Source: a virus (lineage: Duplodnaviria > Caudoviricetes). Taken from it: DNA of 53,498 bases. The stretch lies in IMG/VR virus record IMGVR_UViG_3300046820_000692, positions 1 through 53,498 of that record; one strand, written 5' to 3'. This document shows, piece after piece, positions 11,601 to 20,251 of the stretch; positions within the stretch are counted from its first letter, which is position 1, and each line of letters opens with the position of its first letter. A program made the translations under genes and the position numbers. The notes beneath the pieces were generated by a model, which was given only the letters and a program-made list of their open reading frames with translations, made no database searches and was not told the origin of the DNA.

Positions 11601-13151
11601 AACAAATGGAAGTTCGTGGTAGATAGGTTGATTTGTAATGTATTTATTTTTAACATTCTTTGTAAATACTTTTCCATCTACTTCAATCTGTTCAGTTACA
11701 GGTATTCTTCTTAGTACAGTTTTTGCTCGTTGACTTAATCTTTTAGAGATAGCTACAGCATAGTGTACTTGAGAGTGCTTCTTTTCTTCTACTCCGTCTA
11801 ATGCTTCAAGTGTAGAATCATCTGCGGCATCAAAAGTATCATCCTCTTCGTAAGTTACTTTACTCGTTTTAGAGCTTACAACATATCCAAAATCTTTTAA
11901 CTCTCTTGTTACAAAATCTCTCCAAGCCGGTACGATTGTATTGCCTGTTTTAGCTTCAAACTTACCGTTCCAGTTTTCAATTATGTCAAATATATAGTCT
12001 CTTCTTTGTCTAGTTTCTGCAACTAATTTAAGGTCTCTAGGACTAGGATCTACTGGTACAGCAGGGAAGTTATTTAGGCTAACTTTGTTTGCTAAGTTAT
12101 GAGCTTTGAATGCTTTTACAGCATCATCATATTTCTGCTTGTACTCTGGCTTTGGGTTATTTTTTAAAGCCGTGGCATACCTCTTAGTCTCTCTTTCTAG
12201 AATAAATGACTTTAATAAGATAGGAATCTCTACAGTTTTATTGCTTGGATTTTCTTTTGGAAAAGAATATAATGAATACAAAAGACCATTTACTATAGAA
12301 CCATTTGTTTTAGTGTTACCTAAAATAGATCCCATGTTCACATTATCCCCACGATCATTAATCTCATCTATGACTTTGTGAACTAATCCATCAGTAAGTT
12401 CATCGACAACAGCACTTGGTATCCCGTCTCTATATCTATTAGGGTTAATGTTAGACTGCATCTTTTCAGAATTCCTTAGTACCCCTCTGCCAAACAATGT
12501 TTTATTAACATTATTAGACTTCAATAGTGAATAAGTTTGACGTAATGTCAAATCATTAGAGATGATAGCTTTAATCCACTCTAGCAAATCTTGGAACCAT
12601 TGAAGAATACCTTTAGTTGCAGACGTCTTTTCAGATAGCATAAACGTTCTGAAATCTGTAGCCATCTTTTCTTCAAGAACTAGGTTAGAAGCTTCTTGAT
12701 CAGATATTTTTATTTCTGGGAATTCTTTTTTAATGTCTTCAACTTCAGCAGCTGTAGGTTTTCCGTACATTTTTAGAGCTTCTTTGTACAAGCCTTCTCT
12801 TTGCTTTTCCGAAAGCATTGTTCTAAACATCAAGTGGTACCCTTCATGGAATTCTGTACCAACTTCTGCCTGTCTCCAAATATTTATAGCAGCATTAGCT
12901 ACATATCCATGTTGAGATCTATTGCCTATTTGATTAGCAATATTGTAAAACTTAACTTCTTTACCAGGGAAAGTTTTAGAAAGCCAGTTTTTAGCTTTCT
13001 CTTCATTTATCTTTTCGTAGTCAAAAGAATCTTTGATGTATTCTTCTACATTTCCTTTTGTATCGTTCCAAACTGTATAAGGATACTTAACATTCTTATT
13101 AGCTACTAAGGCTTTCCACTCTGGTAAATTTTTATTAGGGCAAAACGTCAT
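5607..13151 (-). CDS. Virion-packaged DNA-dependent RNA polymerase (crAss-like, phi14:2 gp66-type two-barrel) with N-terminal zincin-like domain
   Basis: 2514 aa. YRIPNQ...GSDFDVDK catalytic DxDxD motif (7929-7943); N-terminal HEGYH (12834-12848)...EEKMATDF; size and position match crAss-like vRNAP. Confidence 0.9.
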   Translation of the reverse strand: MTFCPNKNLPEWKALVANKNVKYPYTVWNDTKGNVEEYIKDSFDYEKINEEKAKNWLSKTFPGKEVKFYNIANQIGNRSQHGYVANAAINIWRQAEVGTEFHEGYHLMFRTMLSEKQREGLYKEALKMYGKPTAAEVEDIKKEFPEIKISDQEASNLVLEEKMATDFRTFMLSEKTSATKGILQWFQDLLEWIKAIISNDLTLRQTYSLLKSNNVNKTLFGRGVLRNSEKMQSNINPNRYRDGIPSAVVDELTDGLVHKVIDEINDRGDNVNMGSILGNTKTNGSIVNGLLYSLYSFPKENPSNKTVEIPILLKSFILERETKRYATALKNNPKPEYKQKYDDAVKAFKAHNLANKVSLNNFPAVPVDPSPRDLKLVAETRQRRDYIFDIIENWNGKFEAKTGNTIVPAWRDFVTRELKDFGYVVSSKTSKVTYEEDDTFDAADDSTLEALDGVEEKKHSQVHYAVAISKRLSQRAKTVLRRIPVTEQIEVDGKVFTKNVKNKYITNQPIYHELPFVYKQLLELWADSQDFIDMEIKLKNYARHRPDYLSISTKIDTLPADDRALLFSAFSNTIRDFDLIILGEDSKVINANTLTTQSKLASQWREQAVEVGGQEYDTSELNRALYVKNFDEESEIATFSLKKAKVERIKVALERVQSAISSKEQVRFKSNEDGTPSRAVISLASLIWELGMNLGNKSDIQDTIKNLQNIIDKGIYVKTKSKTVLRDGKDLYDYIVTNGSLFSMVRKGVVNFSVLKNQLTFGNSPAPVIPYFDIEGSGVKFLSELTPLFLSKTSESFVSATGSLMNPTNLTRPLDDIVQNIKRDIEKNGTDALQFYKQDVFVYSNELGLSHLFRHLLHNPEFAQNFKVPTVDAVKDRHDDATDYEDFDEITAVLARIQEYLNNGDKKYCKVVIPAAGDRTSTDFLPMPRIKGHDDPNLNLKSYAEVFQRGILEDFLRIDKAQQIIDDPNAVKLEGYTSGANRGISSEYMQFDGIYENNERIVTDVVLKTDGVIKKMSGETKRYLEYKKNNIPLDKTLKLYEIELKRMTADLGKFYNNMAESLADKILEADRGLEIGKKDLQKWGTLVDKGKGITRESRREAMVKMMKDFLVHEDLGRNEIIKMTRGNRALFKNNDDFTKRQRLLSTPGVKLGIKNTLSAKEAGNKVTWMSESYGADPTFTDFTFLDPRLDITQAIKEAAQDYVSRTVNTLRNMVNSKGQRLYTEEDLKDLYGYNPGEFEETNAFAIISMDFYRSIMQGRGLWKEYHEDAYLNYNKTGRFIYGPRVPMSEEGLAQYAKKLPPGASIGDHVPVLPMKPYFEDLKNVSGVTVAETHKTAYFVALKEHTERFPILDDLRQRLEMNPLEIGSPYANTGLPKISVAHALSAKKTLVANVYDFKTKLDAKGQHVPGSLTDIVLATHDTSKLRFPQIIPESKKELTAIFNRQAKKNAIANVDPSNIYFLNAGMEEDPRNFLKETTISGKSMLAMYHAAIEERINRDIATVNEEIGLTEFKKIVEQLKNATNKKGKVVIDEILKTQEFKDAKLKLMQRLRGIIERQVVEADVSENYLEALNITIDPTTGIPKFSIPLDFPVFGRKFQSSLLSIYNNNVFKQRLPGYEAVQASTLGAMKITKDDVGTLDTLQFLEIVPHNNPKNKSGLRLSSAEIMVREDVLRKFNLPEGEYSLDEIPESLRKLFAYRIPNQDKASMIMFRIKAILPKNHEKSIIVPPQLAQLMGSDFDVDKMFLLFPELEERQVTITNPDGSTITTTVMAKATADYEEVYRDLSKLKGISDAQLNNVMLDTIEAVLSSSHHFLETLSPLDSTALPSIRNSLIERRPELAISRLWTGGEYETQSSIRNLLGVKLRGLWANALAGRNVATNLEVNVFDSFAVKIEGEVINTKLLSKVKNENATYDNNVVTDKIVSRYLSAAVDTTKDPLQYVINDNIITFPVENYWINFFGDTKLLHDFLNQPIIRRFVDIMSINYGSNLTQINNAYRAVAEEFNIDTTGTTLPPNYKDIEKTKSMNRQAITDFKVSPATALSNFMKFYAAGQQLKEFFKVITPDTMDGLNRIESMQAFLERKDRFMNPAEGKFQRAPIAFYGRSMDENVVEQILDEDSAYGLSRGYYKMIQETLDVASILFPMTLSSQVKSFKKTVKAMIGKENLTADMHREVNPAIMFTVLSRPDSPLRVYFDKAYSDATYKPSKNSLTLLGELDNIVKKFPNLRANEFLSKIKADNDNVKFKGFRTLNFDATQQYAPKEKQRIKDDLTNLLYRPEAYLGKLSRTASEEEKKSYKAKADQIRTFGFKIAMHTFISNGFRTSAYNFADLLPANFYTQPLDRIGKLDTQGKELKPISIAEYMHEQSMKMQNSSYFTGEDLIRFFRIFGEIRPGGSNLVERSNLAAGKLLKPEVNVPIKKYGKNVPKILILRDDKGKTDVYIMDDSTYSNKNSTAKYLSLRKVNNNKKHIVGGDFLNIKTIGNDVPINEALSLAQLIYDASVNKESTNDVAQLCML

Positions 13152-13154
13152 ACT

Positions 13155-16100
13155 CTAGTCAGTGTTACAAGTTTCTTCATGTTCTTTTTCTTGATCTTGA
13201 ATCTCTTTTATCATTTTTTCAGCCTCTGCCAAAGTAATGGTTTTTCCTTCAGCTTTAAACAGATTCACAACTCCTTCAGCATCTATGGCATCCATCATAA
13301 TAGCAGCTTTTACTCCTGCTCCTAGAACGGTTCCTTTTACAAACCCTTCTTTTACTTTACCATTCTTTACAATAGTTGCTTCTTCCTCTTCTAGTTCATC
13401 TTCTGCAGGCTTAACCACTGTCTTACCTTTTTCCTCAGTTGTTGTACTTGCTTTTTTCTTACCACTATTTTTGATAGCTGGGTCAGAATTTGTGCTAGTA
13501 GTCTTTCTTTCAAAGGTAACTTTGCCTGCTAAGACTTCAGAAATTTTAAAGCTTAGCTCGAAATCCTTCTTAGCAAATGTACTAACTTTTTGAATGTTTC
13601 CAACTTCATCATAAGCAATTGGAATATATAATACGTGACCTGATGAAATTCTAACCTTAGTGTTATTCTCCATCCCATGCCCAACTAGCATGTATGCATA
13701 TGCACTAAGTTGAGAACCATGCTGTTGACGTTTACTCTTACTCTTAATCTTTGTTTCTGGGTCTACGTATCCTACATCATACTTTTCTAATCCAGCTTCT
13801 GATCCAGTTTTAATATCGTAGATACTGTACGAGTTGTCTTTATTTTTTACAAGGATGTCAAATTTACCTGCAAGCTTATATTGAGACGTGTATACAACTT
13901 TCTCTACTGCAATTACCTTTCCTCCATTTTTAGTTAAGATTTTATTCATACCTCTTAGCTGAGTCATCAAATCTAAAAATGCTACTGGTTTCATTCCAGG
14001 AGGCCTCTTTACAAGTTTAGGATTCTGCACGTACACTTCAGCTACCTTGTGAACACTTGTACCGGCCTTACTAGAAGCTACTTGTTTCTCTTTTGGACCA
14101 TTGAATGGGTCAGAAGTTCTACTTGTTGTTCTGTCAAATTTCTTAGCAGCTAAATCGTCAGCAGTTTGAATTAAGTAATGTGTTTCTTCTCCTGTAATAG
14201 GATCTTTGTACATTCCTTTAAACTCTTCCTTTTCGATATTGTCTAATATGTTAACAAGGACGTCTTTAGTTACTTCCCCATCTGCATCTACAGTAGAAGT
14301 TTTACCACTTAGTCCTTCATTTTTGTCAGACACTTCAGCTGATACTTCTTCCTCTTCTTCTAATCCTGCTTTCTTTTCAAGTTCTTCAATAGAGTTTCTG
14401 TTTCTATTTTGAGCAGGAGGAGCTTCAACCTCTTCTTCTTGCTCTACTGGTGTTAGAGTTTCTTCTTCAGGTTGAATAGTATTCCCTAATTCATTTTCAT
14501 TCAATAGGTCATTAGACAAATCAACATCGTCATACTCAGCATTTGTGTCATCGTCCTCTACATATTCTTCTTCCTGTTGAGAAAGTTGTTTATCAATAGG
14601 AGTGATTACAGCAGGCTTGGCCGGTGTCTCAGTAAATGGATTTTCTAATGCCTTTCCATCTACTAACATTGGTCCATAGGTAATTCCTACATCAAAAAAT
14701 GGTGATCCAGTTTTTGAATTAAATACTTTATCAGTACTTAATATCCCAGAGTGCCCTAAACTTTCTTCAGCTATATCAGGAATAGCAGCTTCATCCCCAA
14801 GATAATCTAAGTATGTTGCATAAGTAACAGTTGGATCTATTGGACTAGTAAAAGGTTCGTCACTTCCTAATCTGTTTACATCTACTTGATATCTACGTTT
14901 TAAGATAGCAGATGTGAAAGCTTTGTTGATATCATTTTCAAATAGCTTTTGATCTTTTCTTGTAGTGTCGTTTACAAAATCAATTGCTCCTTTTTCAGTT
15001 CTCTCTGCTGTTACAAATCCGTATTTGAATGAAGATGTTCCTGTAAAAGCTAAGAACAAATCTTGAGCACTTATTTGAATGTAACTTTCTGCAGATGGAA
15101 CATAGAAAATGTAGGTAGAAACTTGTTCATCTCCACGATTTATAATATCATGGAAAAGTAAATCTCTATTTTCAAGACCTATAGCAGCTTCTTTACGAAC
15201 ATTAAATCCGACAATATCATTTACTCTATCAAAGTCTTGGTCATTAATTGCTGTAACTACTTTTTGTACTCCAATAGTAGTCATCATTTTAGTAGTCATT
15301 CTTAGGTGCTTGTATCCTCCTAGTGGATCCTCCACTACCATTGCAACTTTACCTAAGTCTCTATCACTGATGTCCCATGCAGTTGTATCTATCTCTACTC
15401 CTTTTGCAACGTTATCTCCATATCTATAGATGGTCCATCTAAGCATTCCTTTAACTGTAGTAGCTACTGCTAGGGTAGGAACAACCTTAGATCCATCTTC
15501 TCTTTTTATAAATGGATTATAGAAATATACTTCTCCGGCTTTTGTTCTAGCATTGGTTATTCCTTTATTAGAATTATATCGTTTTCCTGCAACGGTAGAT
15601 GTAACTTTCTTACCACTTATAATATTCTTGTAGATCTCTTCTCTACTAGAATTTGTTTCTACATTGCCAGGCTTATACCCTTCTAACAATCCAATTCGTA
15701 CAACTCGGCCATCAGCTTGGTAAGCCTTTACAAGAATAGGAATAGACTTCCACATGTCTTCTGGTGTTATTCTTCCAGAAGCTACTTCTTTTTGAAACCA
15801 AACTGAATCACCTATTAGCTCAAATTCTAATGTAGTATTTAATGGGATTAACTCATTACTTGCTAAGTTAAATTGCTCAATTCCTAATCGTACTTCTTTT
15901 CCAACAGAGTTAATTACTGTCGGGGCTACTCTAAGATACTCAGGATTTGATTGAGGTTTTCCATTATCATCAACTTCTATGTGATCAAATCCTCCTTCTT
16001 CGTATTTATATTCACTAGATACAAGTCTAGCATTTATGGCACCACCTTCATTCTCTTTAACAGGAGCTGTAACAGAAGCAGACATTTCTTCATTGTCATC

Positions 16101-19100
16101 TTCAACTACTGGATACTCTACTTCTTCTTCATCATCTTGTATAAAGTTAGAAGAGTCTGTTATCTGTGGAATTTCAGTATCTTCTTCACTTCCTTCTATA
16201 AAGTCTGCATTTGAAATTATTTCAGCAGTTAATATTAAACCTTCTTCTTCACCTAGTCCAGTTTCATTTACATCCACCGTGCCATCTTCAGGTGCTTGAA
16301 CAGCTCCTTCAGTCTCTGGTTGATTTCCTTGTTCTTGAGTGTATTCCGTAGCTCCTTCGGGAGTTTGTAAATCTTGGCTAGCTTGACTTGACTTTCTACT
16401 TTCATATTCTTCGTTTATTCTAGTTAGTTCTTCTTGTATAAATTCTTTTTGAGCTTCTGCTGCATTTAAAAGTCTATTTAGCTCTTCAAGATTATTCACA
16501 TCTTCGTCTGAAGCTATACCATTTCTTACAGCTCCTTCGATAGCATTGATTTCATTAGAAAGATTCTTGATCTCTAAATTTACATCGTCAAGCTTTGCTT
16601 GTGCTTGTCCTGATAAGTCTTCAAGATTTACTTCTTCGTCTACAGTTATTCCGGCTGGAACACTAGTTGACGGAGTTGTTTCTGCAGGTGTTTCAGTTTT
16701 AGAGTGTAATGCATCTACGAACTTTTTGTAATTAGCCTTAGCATCTTTTAAAAGTTTCTGTAATGCAAGTACTTGTGGATCTTTGTTAAACTCTTCTCCA
16801 GACATTTGCTGTCTTAGATAAGATTCTTTTAAGAAACTGTAACTGCTTAATATGTTGTAGATAAAAGTTTTGTACTCTTTAGCAGCTCTTTCAATTGATG
16901 TATTTGAAGAGGTCTTAAGATTTATATCAGTAGTAACTTCTACAGCTTCTGCTTGTTGAGTTAAGGCATCTATCTGAGCATCTACTTTATTTTTTACTTC
17001 TACTTCACTGAGGGCAGCTGTATTAATTGTACCTTGAGAAGCTGCACTTGTAGCTATTATTTCTGCAAGTTCTAATACTAATGTATTATTTTCTTCAGCT
17101 CTAAATATAACTGTTTGCCCAAGTTCGTTTGTAAGCTTTACAGATTTTATAAAAGATATAGACTCATCTTCTGCAGCTAATTGCATAGCTTCTTGATCAA
17201 TGTCAATAGCAGCTAATGGATCTTCTTCTAGATTTTCATAGTTTACTCCATTGACTCTGAGCAATCTACCATTAGTAGATCGTAGTACAATATTATTAGA
17301 GTACGATGTTGTAATACTTTCTTCGTCAACTTCTTGGCTATCTCTTAAAGCATTTGCTGCTTCTTCTGCCTCATCTTCTGCTTCTCTGTCTGCCTTATTC
17401 TTTGCTCTATTTGCTATCTCAGATTCCTCCTGAGTCTCTCCTTTTAGGTCGGCTATAACTTCTCTTAGGGCTAAAGCTTTTTGTGGATCAGCCTCTTCGA
17501 TCTCATCCATGTTCTTAGCTAGATCTTCTAACTCTTCTAAGGATAAAACAATATAGTCTTTTTTAAGCTCTGACTCTATCTTCTTAAGCTCGTCATATTT
17601 TTTATTAACAGCTGCTTGCACTTCTGGATCAAGGGTTTCATATTTCCCTTTTACCATATCGTCTAACTCTTTACTAGTTCTAGCTTCTGAAATTGCAAAT
17701 CCTGCAGCTTTGTTTGCTTTAGCTAATTCAGCTTGACGTGCTATAGATTGCTTAGCAGCTATTGCTAAATCTCTTTTCTCTGGAGATTTTACTAATTCGT
17801 CAAAAGCAGCTAGAGCCTCTTCTCGTAAAGCTATAGTGTTAAATAAATTAGTGTAAGCATTTTTAAATTTCTGTCTATTGATAGGATCTAAACTTTCTGC
17901 TTCTTCTAAAGCTTTGTCTAATCCTTGTAAGAATTCAATATCTTCTTTAGCTTTCCCCTCCTTAGTAATAGTTTTGAATGTAGGCCCAGTTTTCTCTGAC
18001 TCTGCAACCATACCAGCATCAGAAAGCTTAGTGTCTGTTAAAGTAGGTGGCATTGTAATGTTACCATTCTCATCTACACTTACTTTATTTCTTTTTACTA
18101 ATGCTACTAACTTATTGAAATCGTAATTTCCAAATGCCTTTTTTAAGGCATCAGAACTGTTCAACGATATTTCTTGAAGTTCTTTAAGTGATGCATCAAT
18201 TTCCTTTTCTCTTGATTTAATACCTACCATTGATGACAACAGTACAGTCTTAAGTCTTTGATTATAAAGGTTTTGTATTGCAGCCTCTTGCTTAGATTCT
18301 TTTGACATCAGCATTGCACCAAGGCCTTGCTTCTCTGGTTGCATCATTGTAATGATACTATCAATATCATCACTAAGTTTTGCAAACTCTTTTAGTCTTT
18401 CTTTCTTCTCGTTTATTAATTCTAAATGATTTTTACCACCTGTCTGCTCTTTTAGAGGAGTAGTCAAATCGTAACCACCACGTTTCATAAACTCTTCTTC
18501 AGATAAACTTCCTAAGTCATCTAGCTCTTCAAGACCTAAACTCATGGCTCCTAGTGACTGCAGCTTTGAAGCTCTAGCAGCATCTAGGTTCATTCTCAAT
18601 TCTTCTGCAAGTTTAAAGTTACCTACAGCATTAGCATCTTGAATATTTTTAATAAGCTTTAACTGCTCTACGTTAGCTTCTGCAGAAGCCATCATGTTGG
18701 CAAAAGATCCAGAGTTTTTTATCTCTAATAACTTTTCAGTGTTAGCTTTTAATTGCTTACGTTGTTGAGATTCTGCTCCAGAGATTGTTGAAGAAGCTCC
18801 CATCATTCCTCCAGTGATAGCCCCTAAAAGCATAGACTCTAATCCTTCGGTTGTCCCAAAAGTATTAGATAATCCTTCTACAACAGATTGTGTAATATCA
18901 GCAACACCATCATCAAATTTGTTTCTGAAGTAGCTATTACCTACATCTCCAATCATAAACTGAGCACCTTCTTGGAAAGCTTCAGTTAATGCATTTTCAT
19001 ATATAGGTTTTGCAAATCTATTAGCATTTCTAAAAGTTCTTCCAAATGCAGTTTTAGCAGTTGCTTCTACAAACTTTTCCCCATCATTTACTATGGCATT

Positions 19101-20225
19101 GGTAAGAGTAGGTTTACCATACTTTCCTCCCATGATATGCTTTCCAAACATTAAAAGGTTTGTAGGCATAAGTACTGCTAAGTTCCATCCAAATGTAGTA
19201 TTTTCTAAAGCTTTAGCAGAGTCATTGATGCTTTTTCTAACATCTTCTGGCATATCGTCTTTAGCACTTTTTCCTGGGTTTTGTTGTTCCCAAGCTTCGT
19301 ACATTTCTTCCGTAAACATTTTAGATTTTTCACGGGCTTCTACAGATGCTTCTCCAAGAGACATCATAGCCCCCATCTCTAAGTGTCTAGTAGCATTTAA
19401 TAATTTAGCAGCATTGGCATATGCAGCTACATCTCCTGTTAATGCTGTACCGGTTTTAATAAGTTTAGAAGCTTGGTAGATATTTTTAAGCTTCTCTCCA
19501 GTGCTAATTATTTTACCAGCATTTAATACTTCTCCAGCACCCATGATAGCTCTGGCTCCTACACCTGCTCCTCTAGCAAGTAGTCCAGAACCTCCTGTAA
19601 GCCATACGGTTGCTATAGATCCTAAGCTATATCCTAGTCCGTTAGCAACTTTATCTGTCCAAAAGTTAGCATTTAAACTAACTTCTCTTCCTGGCTCAAG
19701 TTCTTTATTTGTGTAGTAGTGAGGCAAGTTTTTAGACATCCACTCGTTGGTGTCATCTACTGCTCTTCCTACAAAGTTATCTGCATATGAATCTCCCCCA
19801 ATACCAGCAGCAGAGAATAACCCAGCTACAACTCCTAAGGTATTTTCAGCAACTGCTCCAGTACCTGTAGTAAGTAATTTTAAAGTTCCGTAACCTAATT
19901 TTTCAAGAGTGCCTTGGTTTTTTGCACGAATGTCATTCCAATCAGCATATGGATTTAAAGGGACACCGTATCCCACATAGTTTCCAATTGGATCAGTATA
20001 TACATTTGTTAAATCTACAGCACTTCTAGATCTAGATAATGGATCTTTACCAGTTGCAACAGAAGTTTCTTTTATCCTTACCTGCCCTACTCCTGCGATA
20101 CTCCCCAAATCATCTGCAGCCCCATTTCCTGAAGGCTTAGATTTATCAACAATGTTAGATTTAGGAAGCCCTGTAATACTGCTTAAATCGTCAAGAGCTG
20201 TTGTAGATTCTACTGTTTGGTCCAT
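13155..20225 (-). CDS. Giant virion cargo/ejection protein with N-terminal Gly/Ala hydrophobic segments and C-terminal PD-(D/E)XK nuclease domain
   Basis: 2356 aa. Gly/Ala-rich hydrophobic N-terminal stretches, acidic linkers, and C-terminal GTSVH...E...AGKFDILV...IYDIKTG...QLSAYAYML (RecB/Cas4-like motifs). Confidence 0.75.
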   Translation of the reverse strand: MDQTVESTTALDDLSSITGLPKSNIVDKSKPSGNGAADDLGSIAGVGQVRIKETSVATGKDPLSRSRSAVDLTNVYTDPIGNYVGYGVPLNPYADWNDIRAKNQGTLEKLGYGTLKLLTTGTGAVAENTLGVVAGLFSAAGIGGDSYADNFVGRAVDDTNEWMSKNLPHYYTNKELEPGREVSLNANFWTDKVANGLGYSLGSIATVWLTGGSGLLARGAGVGARAIMGAGEVLNAGKIISTGEKLKNIYQASKLIKTGTALTGDVAAYANAAKLLNATRHLEMGAMMSLGEASVEAREKSKMFTEEMYEAWEQQNPGKSAKDDMPEDVRKSINDSAKALENTTFGWNLAVLMPTNLLMFGKHIMGGKYGKPTLTNAIVNDGEKFVEATAKTAFGRTFRNANRFAKPIYENALTEAFQEGAQFMIGDVGNSYFRNKFDDGVADITQSVVEGLSNTFGTTEGLESMLLGAITGGMMGASSTISGAESQQRKQLKANTEKLLEIKNSGSFANMMASAEANVEQLKLIKNIQDANAVGNFKLAEELRMNLDAARASKLQSLGAMSLGLEELDDLGSLSEEEFMKRGGYDLTTPLKEQTGGKNHLELINEKKERLKEFAKLSDDIDSIITMMQPEKQGLGAMLMSKESKQEAAIQNLYNQRLKTVLLSSMVGIKSREKEIDASLKELQEISLNSSDALKKAFGNYDFNKLVALVKRNKVSVDENGNITMPPTLTDTKLSDAGMVAESEKTGPTFKTITKEGKAKEDIEFLQGLDKALEEAESLDPINRQKFKNAYTNLFNTIALREEALAAFDELVKSPEKRDLAIAAKQSIARQAELAKANKAAGFAISEARTSKELDDMVKGKYETLDPEVQAAVNKKYDELKKIESELKKDYIVLSLEELEDLAKNMDEIEEADPQKALALREVIADLKGETQEESEIANRAKNKADREAEDEAEEAANALRDSQEVDEESITTSYSNNIVLRSTNGRLLRVNGVNYENLEEDPLAAIDIDQEAMQLAAEDESISFIKSVKLTNELGQTVIFRAEENNTLVLELAEIIATSAASQGTINTAALSEVEVKNKVDAQIDALTQQAEAVEVTTDINLKTSSNTSIERAAKEYKTFIYNILSSYSFLKESYLRQQMSGEEFNKDPQVLALQKLLKDAKANYKKFVDALHSKTETPAETTPSTSVPAGITVDEEVNLEDLSGQAQAKLDDVNLEIKNLSNEINAIEGAVRNGIASDEDVNNLEELNRLLNAAEAQKEFIQEELTRINEEYESRKSSQASQDLQTPEGATEYTQEQGNQPETEGAVQAPEDGTVDVNETGLGEEEGLILTAEIISNADFIEGSEEDTEIPQITDSSNFIQDDEEEVEYPVVEDDNEEMSASVTAPVKENEGGAINARLVSSEYKYEEGGFDHIEVDDNGKPQSNPEYLRVAPTVINSVGKEVRLGIEQFNLASNELIPLNTTLEFELIGDSVWFQKEVASGRITPEDMWKSIPILVKAYQADGRVVRIGLLEGYKPGNVETNSSREEIYKNIISGKKVTSTVAGKRYNSNKGITNARTKAGEVYFYNPFIKREDGSKVVPTLAVATTVKGMLRWTIYRYGDNVAKGVEIDTTAWDISDRDLGKVAMVVEDPLGGYKHLRMTTKMMTTIGVQKVVTAINDQDFDRVNDIVGFNVRKEAAIGLENRDLLFHDIINRGDEQVSTYIFYVPSAESYIQISAQDLFLAFTGTSSFKYGFVTAERTEKGAIDFVNDTTRKDQKLFENDINKAFTSAILKRRYQVDVNRLGSDEPFTSPIDPTVTYATYLDYLGDEAAIPDIAEESLGHSGILSTDKVFNSKTGSPFFDVGITYGPMLVDGKALENPFTETPAKPAVITPIDKQLSQQEEEYVEDDDTNAEYDDVDLSNDLLNENELGNTIQPEEETLTPVEQEEEVEAPPAQNRNRNSIEELEKKAGLEEEEEVSAEVSDKNEGLSGKTSTVDADGEVTKDVLVNILDNIEKEEFKGMYKDPITGEETHYLIQTADDLAAKKFDRTTSRTSDPFNGPKEKQVASSKAGTSVHKVAEVYVQNPKLVKRPPGMKPVAFLDLMTQLRGMNKILTKNGGKVIAVEKVVYTSQYKLAGKFDILVKNKDNSYSIYDIKTGSEAGLEKYDVGYVDPETKIKSKSKRQQHGSQLSAYAYMLVGHGMENNTKVRISSGHVLYIPIAYDEVGNIQKVSTFAKKDFELSFKISEVLAGKVTFERKTTSTNSDPAIKNSGKKKASTTTEEKGKTVVKPAEDELEEEEATIVKNGKVKEGFVKGTVLGAGVKAAIMMDAIDAEGVVNLFKAEGKTITLAEAEKMIKEIQDQEKEHEETCNTD

Positions 20226-20230
20226 AGTAA

Positions 20231-20238
20231 CAAAGATA
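20231..20238 (-). promoter_or_regulatory. Bacteroidota-type -7 promoter box TATCTTTG
   Basis: TAnnTTTG exactly 5 nt upstream of ATG 20225. Confidence 0.65.
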
Positions 20239-20251
20239 CGTAAAATTTATT

